64,000 nt of DNA from Escherichia phage phiWec179. This document shows, piece by piece, positions 51,479 through 62,183 of the stretch (positions within the stretch are counted from its first letter, which is position 1; each line of letters starts with the position of its first letter). A program made the position numbers and the translations under genes. The DNA lies in sequence record LC739533.1. One strand, given 5' to 3'. The notes below the pieces were generated by a model. The model was not told the DNA's origin. It searched no databases and was given only the letters and a program-made list of their open reading frames with translations.

Positions 51479-54400
51479 TTATGTCGTCGGAGTATCAATC
51501 ACCGGAGTAGGACGAATTACCGCAGTGTTACCAACCGCAACGTTGCTTGCGCTATTAGGAATAGTTGTGATACGTACTCCTGCTGCTGTCGCTGTTTGGA
51601 TAGGATCTGCGATATCCACCTTCACTGGGTTGGTCCAAGTATCGTTATCCTGATAAGGGGCACGAGTGATTACTGTGTCCAAATCAGATCCACCTGGACC
51701 TGCACCTGCGATACGGATACGTGTACCTGCTGACAGTGGGTAATGATATAACCAAGAAGCATTTGTCGCTGTACCGTTAGGTGTCAGGTTCTGCACAATC
51801 GATTTATCACCAACATTTGTCGCTCGGATACCGAAGGCTGGAATGTCTGGAATGTACGCACCACTTGTTGTTACAAGGAAGAACGTATTGTCTGCTTTAA
51901 CGATAATATCCCCTTTATCGAATTCTTTCCCAGTTGGGAAGTGCATCCCGTCAATGTTGCGACCTGGGATTGCTTCGATGTAGTAAGATTTACCAGTAGA
52001 GCCTACCAGAGCACCAATACCACCTGCGATGTTCGTATACATGTTCGCTTCAACGTTACAGTTGATACGATGAATATCCGAGTAACGGCAACGACTCCAT
52101 TGAGGACGTCCAGTTACCATTGTGTTTCCATTCGGATAGCAGTTTACGTTCACCATTTCCAGAACTGACTTCTCTCTACGGAAGAATCCATCGTAGAAAG
52201 TACCTGGACCAGATTCCGGTTGACCTACACACTCGAAAGAGTTACAAGTGATGTTAGCCATTGACAACCAAGAAGCGATACCAAACAATTGCAGAGCGTT
52301 ACAACGGATGTTATCGAAGCTAACGCGGTTCTCAAAACCTGGACCCGCTGATACACCTGCGAAGACACGTCCTGTAGCTGTATGTACGTTACGTACCGAG
52401 TAATTGAAGCAAGGGTTTGATGGGCGACCCTGTGCAGGAACAACAGGTTTACCATCCTCGCCTAAAACTGCGTTCGTACCCCATTCCAGATAGATCATAC
52501 GGATTGCACTTGGCAACGTATTGTCGTCTGTAATAGGCTCACCATAAACACCATCGATCGTGAAATCTTTACAGCCGTACATTACAACAGCGCCTGTTGC
52601 AAGCCCTGTACCAACAGAAACTGTCTGGTCAGGATCACCGTGGATGTTCTGGATAGAAATGTTACGACCAACTTCTACGTGAACAATCTGGCGGCAACGT
52701 TTCGCAAATACGTTACGGATTGTAATGTTCTTACAATACTGCGTATCTGGAATGTCATAACCGTATGGACCTTTACCTGCTACACCGATACCGATACCCC
52801 AGTTAGAAAGAGGAATTGGTGCGTTCGTTCCGTCGATGTGAGACAAGTAGATGTTCTCAATAACACAACCTTCATCGTAGTGCTTGTTGATTACGTTCAG
52901 TTCGATTGCATCGCCCTGCATATCCATAAACGTCAAGTTACGGAAGACACCGCGACTAACTGGTTCGCCAGTACCTTGTTGAAGGATACCGTAAAGTCCG
53001 TTTTTAAATGTACAGTTGTCAATCTCAAAAGTACCTGGAATTGGGTTGCCCTGGAATACCAAGCTACCAACCTGTCCTGGACGAGGTGCACCATCCCACA
53101 AGCAGTCATAGATACGCACATCGCCACCCCAATACATTACACGGGAGTTGCGGAAAGTCGTACCTTCCACTTTACAGTTCTGTAGACGGTAGTCACGTTG
53201 TCCACGGAAGACACCACCAAGGAGGGTGATCCCAGTAATATCAAAAGAACTTGTAGTGAAGGTCATATCACAACCATAAGCATTCAGGATCTTGCTCTTG
53301 GTTGCTGCTGTTGCCACGAGAGCCGCTTGGAAAGCTGCTTCTTGAGTAGCGTACACTGCACTGTTTGCAAACTCGGACAGGTAAACAACATCAAACAGAT
53401 CGTCAAACTTACCACCGTGTGGAGTTAACAGACCTTCTGTGTTTGTCAGTACCCAAGCATTTGGACCTACGCCACCAGAGGAGGCAAGGGTGTCACTCGC
53501 AGAGAGAGTTTTTGGCAAAGTGCCAGCCCAACGGTAACGACCTGCACCCATACCAATAGTCTGGTGTTTAAGGGTCAGGGTAATTTCATTACCGAAACTG
53601 GTAGGCAGATGTACATATTGCTGACGTTCAACTGCTAATGCTGCCAAGTCAACAGTACCAGAAGAGTGGGTAAGAACACCAGTATCTGATAAGCTAACAA
53701 ATGTCCCAGTTAAACCAGGTGGCAGGGTGTAAGCTATTTGGTTAGTGGCATCATACAGGGCTTTCAGACCTATTAAAGCTTGTCCTGATTTTGCGTAAGC
53801 CACTTCATAATTCAGGAAACCATATTTACGAGCGATTGTCTGAAGAGGAACAGCGTTCATATCTTCGGTCAATGTTTCAGTAGTTGTTTCCAGGTTAGAA
53901 ATTCGGTTTTCGAGGTTAGGATCGTTTTCTGCGCTTGCTACAATCTTACCGATGTAAGCAAACAACTGATTAGGTAATCCGGTTGCAGGATCATGTCCAA
54001 GTGGTTCGGACAAGATGATCTGACTGTTCTCAATACGGAATGCATCACCCACAATCTGGATAACGCCGTTGATAGTCACAATAGCACTATCGAACACGTA
54101 AGGAGGACTGATTACTTTTTCATAACCTGTTGCAGAGGTATACAACCAAGGAATAACTTCACTTGGGAGTTGTTCAGTCTGCATTCCCCACAGCACCCAG
54201 TTATTGTCCCCGACTGGAGTCCCTTGCATTGGGATAGGGTTCACCAGTGTTGCTGCTGGAGCGTAGTAGTATCCACTCAAGATTCCGTTCTGATAAAAAC
54301 GGAGTTGGTTGAATACTGTTTCATTAGTCCCTTGCGCCCAGGCAATAGGACTTTTGAAGTAAAAGTTATCAACCAAAGCCTTACGTAAAGTCGGAATCAA

Positions 54401-54529
54401 TCCTGATTCCGTATCAATACTTTCTGTTGCGCTTCCGTTGATGATATCGTGTATCTGGTTAGAAGAAAAGATTACCAGATCTACGCCCTGTTCCAGGGAC
54501 GTAGCGGGATATGTTGGGAATAGTGTCAT
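51479..54529 (-). CDS. Tailspike-like protein with right-handed beta-helix (depolymerase candidate) (1016 aa)
   Basis: Long run of short beta-strand repeats rich in N, G, C and aromatics (NCTFKNG, NITIRNV, NISIQNI), typical of pectate-lyase-fold tailspikes. Confidence 0.6.
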   Translation of the reverse strand: MTLFPTYPATSLEQGVDLVIFSSNQIHDIINGSATESIDTESGLIPTLRKALVDNFYFKSPIAWAQGTNETVFNQLRFYQNGILSGYYYAPAATLVNPIPMQGTPVGDNNWVLWGMQTEQLPSEVIPWLYTSATGYEKVISPPYVFDSAIVTINGVIQIVGDAFRIENSQIILSEPLGHDPATGLPNQLFAYIGKIVASAENDPNLENRISNLETTTETLTEDMNAVPLQTIARKYGFLNYEVAYAKSGQALIGLKALYDATNQIAYTLPPGLTGTFVSLSDTGVLTHSSGTVDLAALAVERQQYVHLPTSFGNEITLTLKHQTIGMGAGRYRWAGTLPKTLSASDTLASSGGVGPNAWVLTNTEGLLTPHGGKFDDLFDVVYLSEFANSAVYATQEAAFQAALVATAATKSKILNAYGCDMTFTTSSFDITGITLLGGVFRGQRDYRLQNCKVEGTTFRNSRVMYWGGDVRIYDCLWDGAPRPGQVGSLVFQGNPIPGTFEIDNCTFKNGLYGILQQGTGEPVSRGVFRNLTFMDMQGDAIELNVINKHYDEGCVIENIYLSHIDGTNAPIPLSNWGIGIGVAGKGPYGYDIPDTQYCKNITIRNVFAKRCRQIVHVEVGRNISIQNIHGDPDQTVSVGTGLATGAVVMYGCKDFTIDGVYGEPITDDNTLPSAIRMIYLEWGTNAVLGEDGKPVVPAQGRPSNPCFNYSVRNVHTATGRVFAGVSAGPGFENRVSFDNIRCNALQLFGIASWLSMANITCNSFECVGQPESGPGTFYDGFFRREKSVLEMVNVNCYPNGNTMVTGRPQWSRCRYSDIHRINCNVEANMYTNIAGGIGALVGSTGKSYYIEAIPGRNIDGMHFPTGKEFDKGDIIVKADNTFFLVTTSGAYIPDIPAFGIRATNVGDKSIVQNLTPNGTATNASWLYHYPLSAGTRIRIAGAGPGGSDLDTVITRAPYQDNDTWTNPVKVDIADPIQTATAAGVRITTIPNSASNVAVGNTAVIRPTPVIDTPTT

Positions 54530-54535
54530 TTATAA

Positions 54536-54871
54536 TTAACCCTTACTCTGTGTACGTTTAGTAATATCCTCTAACATCATCTGGATCGTTGCATTCTTGA
54601 GGTCCATGATTTTTTCAATCTTCTGCTCAAGAGTAGTATTGTTCGCCAGTAATGTAGAGTTAATCTGATTCAGCATTTGAGTAAGTTCAGCTTTCGTTGC
54701 GTAAGTGGATTCGACGAAAACAAGTTTCTTTTCCAACTCACGGGCCTTGTCTTCGACCTTCTCCAAATCAACACCAAACTTATCTATTTTTTGTTTAAAC
54801 AGGAACCAGATTAAACCGATTAGAGGGATGATTGCGTCCTTAGCAAGACCCCAGACTTCTTGAAATTCCAT
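54536..54871 (-). CDS. Hypothetical protein with N-terminal hydrophobic segment and coiled coil (111 aa)
   Basis: AIIPLIGLIWFLF then helical heptad-like region. Confidence 0.5.
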   Translation of the reverse strand: MEFQEVWGLAKDAIIPLIGLIWFLFKQKIDKFGVDLEKVEDKARELEKKLVFVESTYATKAELTQMLNQINSTLLANNTTLEQKIEKIMDLKNATIQMMLEDITKRTQSKG

Positions 54872-54882
54872 ATTTGCATCCC

Positions 54883-55428
54883 TTATTTTGTTGGTAAGGT
54901 AGGCCAGTTAACCTCGTAAGGATATCCCTCTTGAACAGGAACACGGTTCAATTCCACAACATAAACCTGGAGTTGCTTCAGTTCCGCAAGTTCTTCGGGT
55001 GTCGCTATCTCAAGGTCTTTTGCATATTGCAAAGGAGTGATAAGGGCAACGGCTGCTTCTTGCTTATTCTTTATTTCAGCAGAAACCTTGACAATCATTT
55101 GTTCACGACTGTACTCTTTATCTTTCAGTGTAAGAGTTTCTAAGTCTAAAACCTTGTCACGGATATCTTCGAAACTTGTAATCTCAAAATCAACTTGTGC
55201 AAGAGACATGTTTTCGGGACACAACAGAGTAGGATCTGTGTTCCAAAAAACTATACGGTTCTGATCGTCAAACACAACTTTCATTTTGTCGTTTTTTAAC
55301 AGACCATCGCGTAATTCATACCAATCAAAACCCTGGTCGCAAAGTAGGAACAAAATGTTCTCTACTTCTACGAGTTCTCTTAGGGCGGGATCTTCTGGGA
55401 TATACTTCTTAAAATTAGTGTAGAGCAT
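54883..55428 (-). CDS. Hypothetical protein, possible tail-fibre assembly factor (181 aa)
   Basis: Sits immediately downstream of a fibre gene; function inferred from position only. Confidence 0.4.
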   Translation of the reverse strand: MLYTNFKKYIPEDPALRELVEVENILFLLCDQGFDWYELRDGLLKNDKMKVVFDDQNRIVFWNTDPTLLCPENMSLAQVDFEITSFEDIRDKVLDLETLTLKDKEYSREQMIVKVSAEIKNKQEAAVALITPLQYAKDLEIATPEELAELKQLQVYVVELNRVPVQEGYPYEVNWPTLPTK

Positions 55429-56490
55429 TTAGCCTCCAATATCGTACCAGTTTCCGTTCACGTTTCGCTGGAGACGTTTGAAGTAAACACCACCAATGTT
55501 ATCCGCAGAACTACGGCCTGTTTCCTGAACAATAATACCAGAAAGAACATAGCCGGAAGAACAAACGTATGTCCAAGACACTTCGTTACCTGGTGGGTAA
55601 TATACGCCTTGGCTGGTATAACGTATGTCACGAACAAAGTTACCATTCGCATAGTTATAGTTGTTACTGATCTGGTTTTGCAAGTTACTGTTCACGCTGT
55701 CAATACGTGAGTTTAAGTTGTTGTTAACGTTGTTCAGGTTGTTTTGAACAGAGTTAATATTCGTTTGCAAGGTGTTCTGTAAAGAGCTTAAACGCGAGTT
55801 CAAGTAATCTAAACGAACCAGAGCATTGCCGTTCCCAGTATCTTGTCCACTATTAGATCGTGGATTATCAATCAGAACATAACCGCCATCATACAAACGT
55901 ACTGCACAGGATACGTTACCATTGGTAGGGTTCCTGCGATATATGTAAAGGTGTCCTCCGTTATTATATTCGGAAGAGATTTCACCGTTAGTTTGACCTG
56001 CAAAGTTTTTAAAGAAGATAGTAGCAGGATCTGAAGTAGATGTACCATTTACATAAATATCTCCACCATAGATAGCACCGCCGCCATCGCGTTTAACCAA
56101 CACGTTAGGGGTTACTGTCGTGCTTGTTGCATCTGTGATGTTTGAAGATAAGTGGTTGTGGCTATTATCTACAACTTGAATAGAAAGTGTTACTGCTGCA
56201 TTCCCGTTCCAGGTTACTTCACCTGTTGCATCCCCTGACATTGTTATTTTAGTACCAACCAGAGGAAGATACGTATTTGGTAATGTTGGAAGAAACTCGT
56301 CAACCAGATAACGAATCCATAATCCGTTATTGTTGAGTACCCAATTCATTTCTTCACAGGTCATGATTTGACCGTAATCCATACCCACGGTACGAATAAT
56401 TTCTTTAGGTCGAATCTTGTTTAAGTTTTGTGTTCCTGGGAGGGTAACTGTTTCTACAGCCCAATCAGGATAGTATATTGGCTTCGCCAT
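55429..56490 (-). CDS. Tail fibre protein (353 aa)
   Basis: Asn/Ser/Gln-rich helical repeat region (NSRLSSLQNTLQTNINSVQNNLNNVNNNLNSRIDSVNSNLQNQ) flanked by Gly/Thr-rich beta regions. Confidence 0.6.
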   Translation of the reverse strand: MAKPIYYPDWAVETVTLPGTQNLNKIRPKEIIRTVGMDYGQIMTCEEMNWVLNNNGLWIRYLVDEFLPTLPNTYLPLVGTKITMSGDATGEVTWNGNAAVTLSIQVVDNSHNHLSSNITDATSTTVTPNVLVKRDGGGAIYGGDIYVNGTSTSDPATIFFKNFAGQTNGEISSEYNNGGHLYIYRRNPTNGNVSCAVRLYDGGYVLIDNPRSNSGQDTGNGNALVRLDYLNSRLSSLQNTLQTNINSVQNNLNNVNNNLNSRIDSVNSNLQNQISNNYNYANGNFVRDIRYTSQGVYYPPGNEVSWTYVCSSGYVLSGIIVQETGRSSADNIGGVYFKRLQRNVNGNWYDIGG

Positions 56491-56499
56491 TGGAACTCC

Positions 56500-57129
56500 T
56501 TAATCGATTTGTTTCAGAAGCATACACATGCGTCCAGTTTCATCCCCTGTGGATTCCAAGTACAAGGAACCCAAACCACCAATACCATGAGGATCTTTGG
56601 TAGCGTAATAAGAGGTGAATCCAAAAGCTGATCCGGCTTTAGCTCCCAGTCGGTAGTTGCTTATAATTGGGAACACACTTAAAAGTTGCTCAAGAGCTTG
56701 ATCAGACTGAAGACACAAGTTATAAAAGAACACATCAAAGGATTTATTCAATCCCACATATGTGTTAATTGTATCTCGTTTTGTACCTGTGAAACGGGCG
56801 AAGATATCAATAATGTCCCCACGAGTCCCCGAAGAGGCAACACGATAAGCCCTGATTTTTAAAATTGTGCGGTACTCTTCATCATCAGAACCATTTCGTT
56901 CAATACCCATCTCTTCACCAAGGAGATCAAGATAATCTCCCGTGGCTGTAGATATTAAACGGTGTTTAGCAAGATAGATCATTGCCTGATCTATCTTTTG
57001 CTTTTCACTTGATACGATGTAGAGGAGCTTGACAATGTTAGGGGAAGATTTAAAATCTTCAATCAACAGATCTTTAACGTCTTCATTGATATTCTCCCAA
57101 GTCGTTACATGGTCAACACTCACTGCCAT
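56500..57129 (-). CDS. Baseplate-associated structural protein (209 aa)
   Basis: Position between the fibre gene and the large baseplate-like gene; composition consistent with a baseplate component. Confidence 0.45.
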   Translation of the reverse strand: MAVSVDHVTTWENINEDVKDLLIEDFKSSPNIVKLLYIVSSEKQKIDQAMIYLAKHRLISTATGDYLDLLGEEMGIERNGSDDEEYRTILKIRAYRVASSGTRGDIIDIFARFTGTKRDTINTYVGLNKSFDVFFYNLCLQSDQALEQLLSVFPIISNYRLGAKAGSAFGFTSYYATKDPHGIGGLGSLYLESTGDETGRMCMLLKQID

Positions 57130-57131
57130 TT

Positions 57132-58619
57132 TTAGACTCCATACTCGTAGGAAATGTTATCAAGGTCGAAAGACGGGACAATATTGTAGGCAGGAACAAT
57201 GTTCCCTTCTGTATATTTACTGTCGTCTTCATTATTAAGTTTAACATAAACACGGAGAGAAGTCAAGCGCCCAAAAGCAAGTGCTGCATAAATAACGCCT
57301 TTAATCTGGTCGTTAGTTACAGAAGAACCCAATTCGAAGTAGGCTTGCAGGTTATCCAGTGCTTTAACAATGTTTTCTTTCTCTGTTCCACTTAACGTTG
57401 TACCATTGATTGTCTGGTATACAAGTTTCAAGGAGTACGTTGCAGTAGCACCAGGAGAGAAGCGGATAATCTCTTGTCCACCGTCTTCCGTCATGACAGT
57501 AATGTTAGTTGTGCCATACGTCAAGGTATTGATTGGTTTAGTGTCGTAAATCACTTTAGCGACTTCTTCGGCACTCCCACCGTACACGATTGTCTGGAAA
57601 CTCATTGCAGGTGCATGTTCCTGATCGTGGATTGTCGGGTTGTCGTAAATCTTAACCTTAGTTACGCCATCAGTTTGCAACAAGGCTTTAACGATAGCTG
57701 CGCGTGTACCTGCGTTTGCTTCATCAAGGTTATCGTTGAAACGTGAGCGGAACTCTGCGTCTGTCTCTACATCTCGTCCTGAAGAGAAAGCATAGAAGTT
57801 ACCAGAATCAAGGTAGCCTGTGAAGGTTGAAGAGATTCCCGAAATGGATTCCACACCTACCGGATTGTACCCTGCTTCCGCCCCTACCACCGGAATTTCA
57901 CTCCACTTCATCCCAACAGGGACAGAAGCGTAGAATTTTATTGGTGTTACCAAACCAACAGGTTCTGCATCTCCCGCTGCTGCGAAGCCAACATAAACGT
58001 TACTTGCGTCTGTGTGGATTAAACCCTGATCCGTAGTGGAGAGGTTGTCTCGAATAAAGTTTGCAAGATCTGTAATGAATGTCGAAGACGCTGGAGAGAG
58101 TACACGACTGTTCAGACCACCATCATTTGCACTTTGTGCGTAGAAAGTTATGTTAGCCACACCTGTAGCTGTTGCATTCGCACGCGAGATTTGATATGCT
58201 GCGATCTTAGCATTCAACATGGTAGGTGCGCTGACATAATAGTTCATGTCGTTGTCTGCATTAAAATACGTATCTGTACCAAGTTCAAAAGTCCAAGGGG
58301 CTTTGTTGTTGCTTTTCACATAAGCAAAACCTGAACCAGGTGCAGCGGCTGAACGGTAGAAACCACGTTTGGAGAAGATCTCATCAAGGTAGATACCTTC
58401 GGCACCATCCAGTGTCTGGGTATTATAAACCCCTTGCATTCCTTCCCATAAGGTGTAGTCGGTATAAGCAATAATACGGAACAACTGCCCGAAGACAGTA
58501 TCCTCCGAAGTCGCTGCATCAGCACCAAAGGTGTTCTTAAGTGCAGTCATGTAGTTGTTAAGTACATCGTCGAATGTCGGGATTACAAATCCCGCATCGG
58601 TTAAACCATATTCATCCAT
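57132..58619 (-). CDS. Baseplate wedge protein (gp6/J-like candidate) (495 aa)
   Basis: Large structural ORF in the baseplate block, coupled to neighbours; family call is positional. Confidence 0.5.
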   Translation of the reverse strand: MDEYGLTDAGFVIPTFDDVLNNYMTALKNTFGADAATSEDTVFGQLFRIIAYTDYTLWEGMQGVYNTQTLDGAEGIYLDEIFSKRGFYRSAAAPGSGFAYVKSNNKAPWTFELGTDTYFNADNDMNYYVSAPTMLNAKIAAYQISRANATATGVANITFYAQSANDGGLNSRVLSPASSTFITDLANFIRDNLSTTDQGLIHTDASNVYVGFAAAGDAEPVGLVTPIKFYASVPVGMKWSEIPVVGAEAGYNPVGVESISGISSTFTGYLDSGNFYAFSSGRDVETDAEFRSRFNDNLDEANAGTRAAIVKALLQTDGVTKVKIYDNPTIHDQEHAPAMSFQTIVYGGSAEEVAKVIYDTKPINTLTYGTTNITVMTEDGGQEIIRFSPGATATYSLKLVYQTINGTTLSGTEKENIVKALDNLQAYFELGSSVTNDQIKGVIYAALAFGRLTSLRVYVKLNNEDDSKYTEGNIVPAYNIVPSFDLDNISYEYGV

Positions 58620-58876
58620 TACTCATCCTCTTTGTTGTGTTCAGGGGTGGAAGACCTACCCCAACGCAGGTCTATTAGATTTTTCATTAGTCGTGAGGGA
58701 GTGACCATAAAAACAAAAGCCCAGCCCATCCATTCAGGAATTTCTTTTTCTATTCCTAAAAAGATGAACATGCCTGTCATTGTCATCATACCTACGGCGT
58801 TCCATACTTTAGTGGAACTTACCCCGTTCCCAGGGTAAGTGCAGAACATGCCACGTAAAAATTTTTTAATGCTCAT
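58619..58876 (-). CDS. Small membrane protein within the structural block (85 aa)
   Basis: Two predicted transmembrane segments (VWNAVGMMTMTGMFIFLGI, WMGWAFVFMV). Confidence 0.5.
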   Translation of the reverse strand: MSIKKFLRGMFCTYPGNGVSSTKVWNAVGMMTMTGMFIFLGIEKEIPEWMGWAFVFMVTPSRLMKNLIDLRWGRSSTPEHNKEDE

Positions 58877-58877
58877 A

Positions 58878-61709
58878 TTATGGCCTCAAATCAATACCGA
58901 TGTTTGGTAAGCTGGATTGTGCATTGCTTCGACGATACAAAGCGTACAGACCAAAGCCACGGAGGATTTCTCCAGAGTGGAAACCAAACGCCGGAGCGTT
59001 ATCATTTGCAGAATCAGGGTTAGAACTCCAAGAACCGTTCATTACATGGTTAGGACCAGCAACAACATAATTCTCTTGCAGGAGGTCAAAGCAACGATCC
59101 GCTACGATGGAAATATTAGGGATCTGGTTTTCCAGATTAGCCAACCCGATATAACAACAACCTGCCAAGAACAACGCAGACATGTGTGATGTAAAGTCCC
59201 ACGTAGGAGCCGAGACTGTGCCATCAGGCATGAAGATTGTAGGGGTACGCCCTTCGTTGTTGTCTTGGAACCACTTCAGATAGTTCACCCAGTTCTTAGT
59301 TACTGTCATGAGTTTGGCTGGAATAGGTTCACCACGAGCTTGCAGTTCATGCAAACAACGAGCACCACAATAGAATGCACGAGCTTCATATCCGTCCCAA
59401 GCTTTTTCATTCCAGTGTTTCATTGTGAACTGGTTCTTTTCCCCGTACTTCAATGCATCCCAACGATCCCATACAAAGGCTTGAGCCATTGGTCCAGGCA
59501 TAACCGGATCAAATGTTTCATAGAACCACATTTGAGAGTCATAAAGGAAGTTGATACTTTCTGTTAAGCGTGTATACTCAATATTCTCACCAGCAAAGCA
59601 ATACAATACTGGGTACTGATATCCAGGGTAGGGCAGTCCACGCCAACCATCAAAGAGCGCCGTATTAGGATCGCTAATGTTGGAGAATGGAATAATACCT
59701 GGTGTGTAATGGAGGCTATTCAGTTTGTAGTCAACAATTACGCAGTCGCCAAGTTTCGCGCTGTATGGATTTTGTGCTTGCAAAGAGATGCGGAAATACA
59801 TTGTGTAATCATCACCATTTGCAGAAGAATACCGAGTAGGCACTTCATTCACACAATACCAATCAAACTGTGCGTTAACACCATTAACAGGATCAGTGTC
59901 CAGCCCAATGTTGATTTGGTCGAGAGCACTAATGTCGATAGTTGCAGGTTTAGGATCTGTTTCTGGGTGATTCGGTTGCCAAGAGCTTAACTGGAAACTT
60001 GCCGCAGTTATTGTCTTAGTTACCCAAGTCCCACCAGTTTTCTCCAACATAGCCCACCATCTCCATCCGTCTTTATCCGTCAATGTGATATTGAAATCAT
60101 CATTGTAAGTACGGTAAGATAAAGATTGGAGTGGTGCTACTTCTTCATCCAGTAGCCAGAAGCCAATAGAGATTCCACCGTCAGTATCCATAACCGCAGT
60201 GCAAATCTGATCGCTAATGTTGGCAGGTAAAATATTCGTCGTATACTGGAAGTTTACCACAGTATTGTCACCCCAGTCAATAACATTTCGCGGATCAGCA
60301 ACAATATACTGTCCACCGCCTGGAGGTGTCGAACGAATAAAACTGGATAATGGAATATCCATTGATTGGATAGAGGTTGTCGCTGTCGGAATACCGCAAC
60401 GATAATCTACCAAATCGTCATTCGTTTTTGTCTTACTCAAAGACAATTCAGGACGGAAGATAACAGGGACACCCGCATCATCCACACCTGCAAACTCTAC
60501 ACGCAATTTGGAATTATTATCCACACGGAACCAAATAGCTTGTTGCTCCATTGTCGTCTGTGCAGCCACCTTCTGACGAATGGTAATGTACCCTTGAGCA
60601 TCACGACCAAAATCAGCCGTAGATCCTGATGGATAGTAATAATCATAACTAATACCATCTGTGAACGGAATACTTGCCAATGTGGATTTACGGAAGAACT
60701 TGTCGAAACGGTCGATATCAGAGTAATCAATACAAACCATCAAAGAAGACTTCCACGCCAGACGATACTTTTCTTCTCCGGTGATCTTGTACATCATGTA
60801 ACAAGCATCGCACCACCAAGTTTCAGCATCGGAAGCATTATCTGCAAACGAAATATCAATCGGAACGTTTACAGGGCGGTTATGCCACATTTCGTTACGT
60901 CCGATCAGATAACCACCTTTGTCTACAGGGTTGCATGTTGCGTAGTTGAACTTATAGTTTCCAGTGACTGTCTTATTTTTCAGTTGAACCGTACCATACT
61001 CGGAAAGAGAGTGTCCAGTAGAAAGAATGTTTCCGTCCCAGTCTACTTTACGTCCCAGACGATCAATAATCCAATCCACATCCCACTGACTGCCCTTAAC
61101 ATCCCAATCTGTTGATCCGTCTGCTTTGGTGCCATACACTGTAGCGTTTACAGAGTTCCATCCCAGATTACCGTTGAAAGCAAACCAAGCTTTATCCAGG
61201 TATTCTCCCCAATGCGGAGCGCCTTTAGGAATCACTGTACGTCCGTTGGTCCAAGTCATCACGCTTCCTTTAAAGCCGCCGTGAGTTGGATACCCATCGT
61301 CTGTCAGAGGGTAGTGAGCCAAACGAGGCTCCTTTCCGTTGATGATCCAGTTAGGACGATATTTTGCCGGAGGATTAGGGATTGGCTGACCACCAAAAAA
61401 GTGGTCAATGTAAGCTTGCCAGTAAGTTTTAGCCAGGTCAAGATACTTAACATCGCCAGTCCCCAAATAAGCATAAGCACACCCCAGAACTAAAACAGAT
61501 TGACCTTCTGTGGTCGCATCTCCGTTGGGCTGTCCTTCCTGTCCAGTCCAGTTGATGAAGTGTCGGTTGTTTGCAAGAACATGCTCTGGGTTGATAAGGT
61601 AGTGCTGTACCGTTGGATCGATTGTCAAACCTGTGCTTCTTTCCATGAACTGGACATGACCATCAATCAGTTGGAAAGCATTATCAATATTGTGCTTAAT
61701 TTGAGACAT
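58878..61709 (-). CDS. Large structural protein, baseplate or tail-associated (943 aa)
   Basis: Long ORF rich in W, Y, G, N and D in the late block; no specific motif recognised. Confidence 0.55.
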   Translation of the reverse strand: MSQIKHNIDNAFQLIDGHVQFMERSTGLTIDPTVQHYLINPEHVLANNRHFINWTGQEGQPNGDATTEGQSVLVLGCAYAYLGTGDVKYLDLAKTYWQAYIDHFFGGQPIPNPPAKYRPNWIINGKEPRLAHYPLTDDGYPTHGGFKGSVMTWTNGRTVIPKGAPHWGEYLDKAWFAFNGNLGWNSVNATVYGTKADGSTDWDVKGSQWDVDWIIDRLGRKVDWDGNILSTGHSLSEYGTVQLKNKTVTGNYKFNYATCNPVDKGGYLIGRNEMWHNRPVNVPIDISFADNASDAETWWCDACYMMYKITGEEKYRLAWKSSLMVCIDYSDIDRFDKFFRKSTLASIPFTDGISYDYYYPSGSTADFGRDAQGYITIRQKVAAQTTMEQQAIWFRVDNNSKLRVEFAGVDDAGVPVIFRPELSLSKTKTNDDLVDYRCGIPTATTSIQSMDIPLSSFIRSTPPGGGQYIVADPRNVIDWGDNTVVNFQYTTNILPANISDQICTAVMDTDGGISIGFWLLDEEVAPLQSLSYRTYNDDFNITLTDKDGWRWWAMLEKTGGTWVTKTITAASFQLSSWQPNHPETDPKPATIDISALDQINIGLDTDPVNGVNAQFDWYCVNEVPTRYSSANGDDYTMYFRISLQAQNPYSAKLGDCVIVDYKLNSLHYTPGIIPFSNISDPNTALFDGWRGLPYPGYQYPVLYCFAGENIEYTRLTESINFLYDSQMWFYETFDPVMPGPMAQAFVWDRWDALKYGEKNQFTMKHWNEKAWDGYEARAFYCGARCLHELQARGEPIPAKLMTVTKNWVNYLKWFQDNNEGRTPTIFMPDGTVSAPTWDFTSHMSALFLAGCCYIGLANLENQIPNISIVADRCFDLLQENYVVAGPNHVMNGSWSSNPDSANDNAPAFGFHSGEILRGFGLYALYRRSNAQSSLPNIGIDLRP

Positions 61710-62182
61710 TAGATCACTCCCGCCATCACCATACTTCCAATCCAGGAAGCACCGTTGTCTAAACTGATAAATTCAAAAGTATCGATCGCACCTTGACGAT
61801 AACTCAAAACAGGTGCACGCCCAAAACTCCACTTAACCGACGCTGGCCATACCACTTTATTCGCCCCACTACCCTGACGCAAAGCCAGACTAAAGTTTAA
61901 AACTGTTGCTGTGGTAACGGGAATGTTTGTAAAGCTGATCGTACAAGTAGCAGAAGAGAGGGTAGCATAAAAATACTCTGCTGATCCCACATCTAAAGCT
62001 AAGGTACTGGTGGCGGTGCCACGGGTACTTAAACGGTTACGAGTAACCCCAGCACCATTCAAAAGAACACGAAGGGACGTTTTCTTAGTTATCCCTGCCT
62101 GATCCGTTACAAAGAAATCTGTATCTGAAACAGACGTGGTTTGAACCAAATCTGTAACTTTGATAGTTGTTAAATCTGCCAT
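61709..62182 (-). CDS. Structural protein (157 aa)
   Basis: Thr/Ser-rich beta-type ORF coupled to neighbours. Confidence 0.5.
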   Translation of the reverse strand: MADLTTIKVTDLVQTTSVSDTDFFVTDQAGITKKTSLRVLLNGAGVTRNRLSTRGTATSTLALDVGSAEYFYATLSSATCTISFTNIPVTTATVLNFSLALRQGSGANKVVWPASVKWSFGRAPVLSYRQGAIDTFEFISLDNGASWIGSMVMAGVI

Positions 62183-62183
62183 C

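Noticed and set aside
52640-53185. 181-aa plus-strand ORF
   Set aside because: Antisense shadow inside the tailspike gene.
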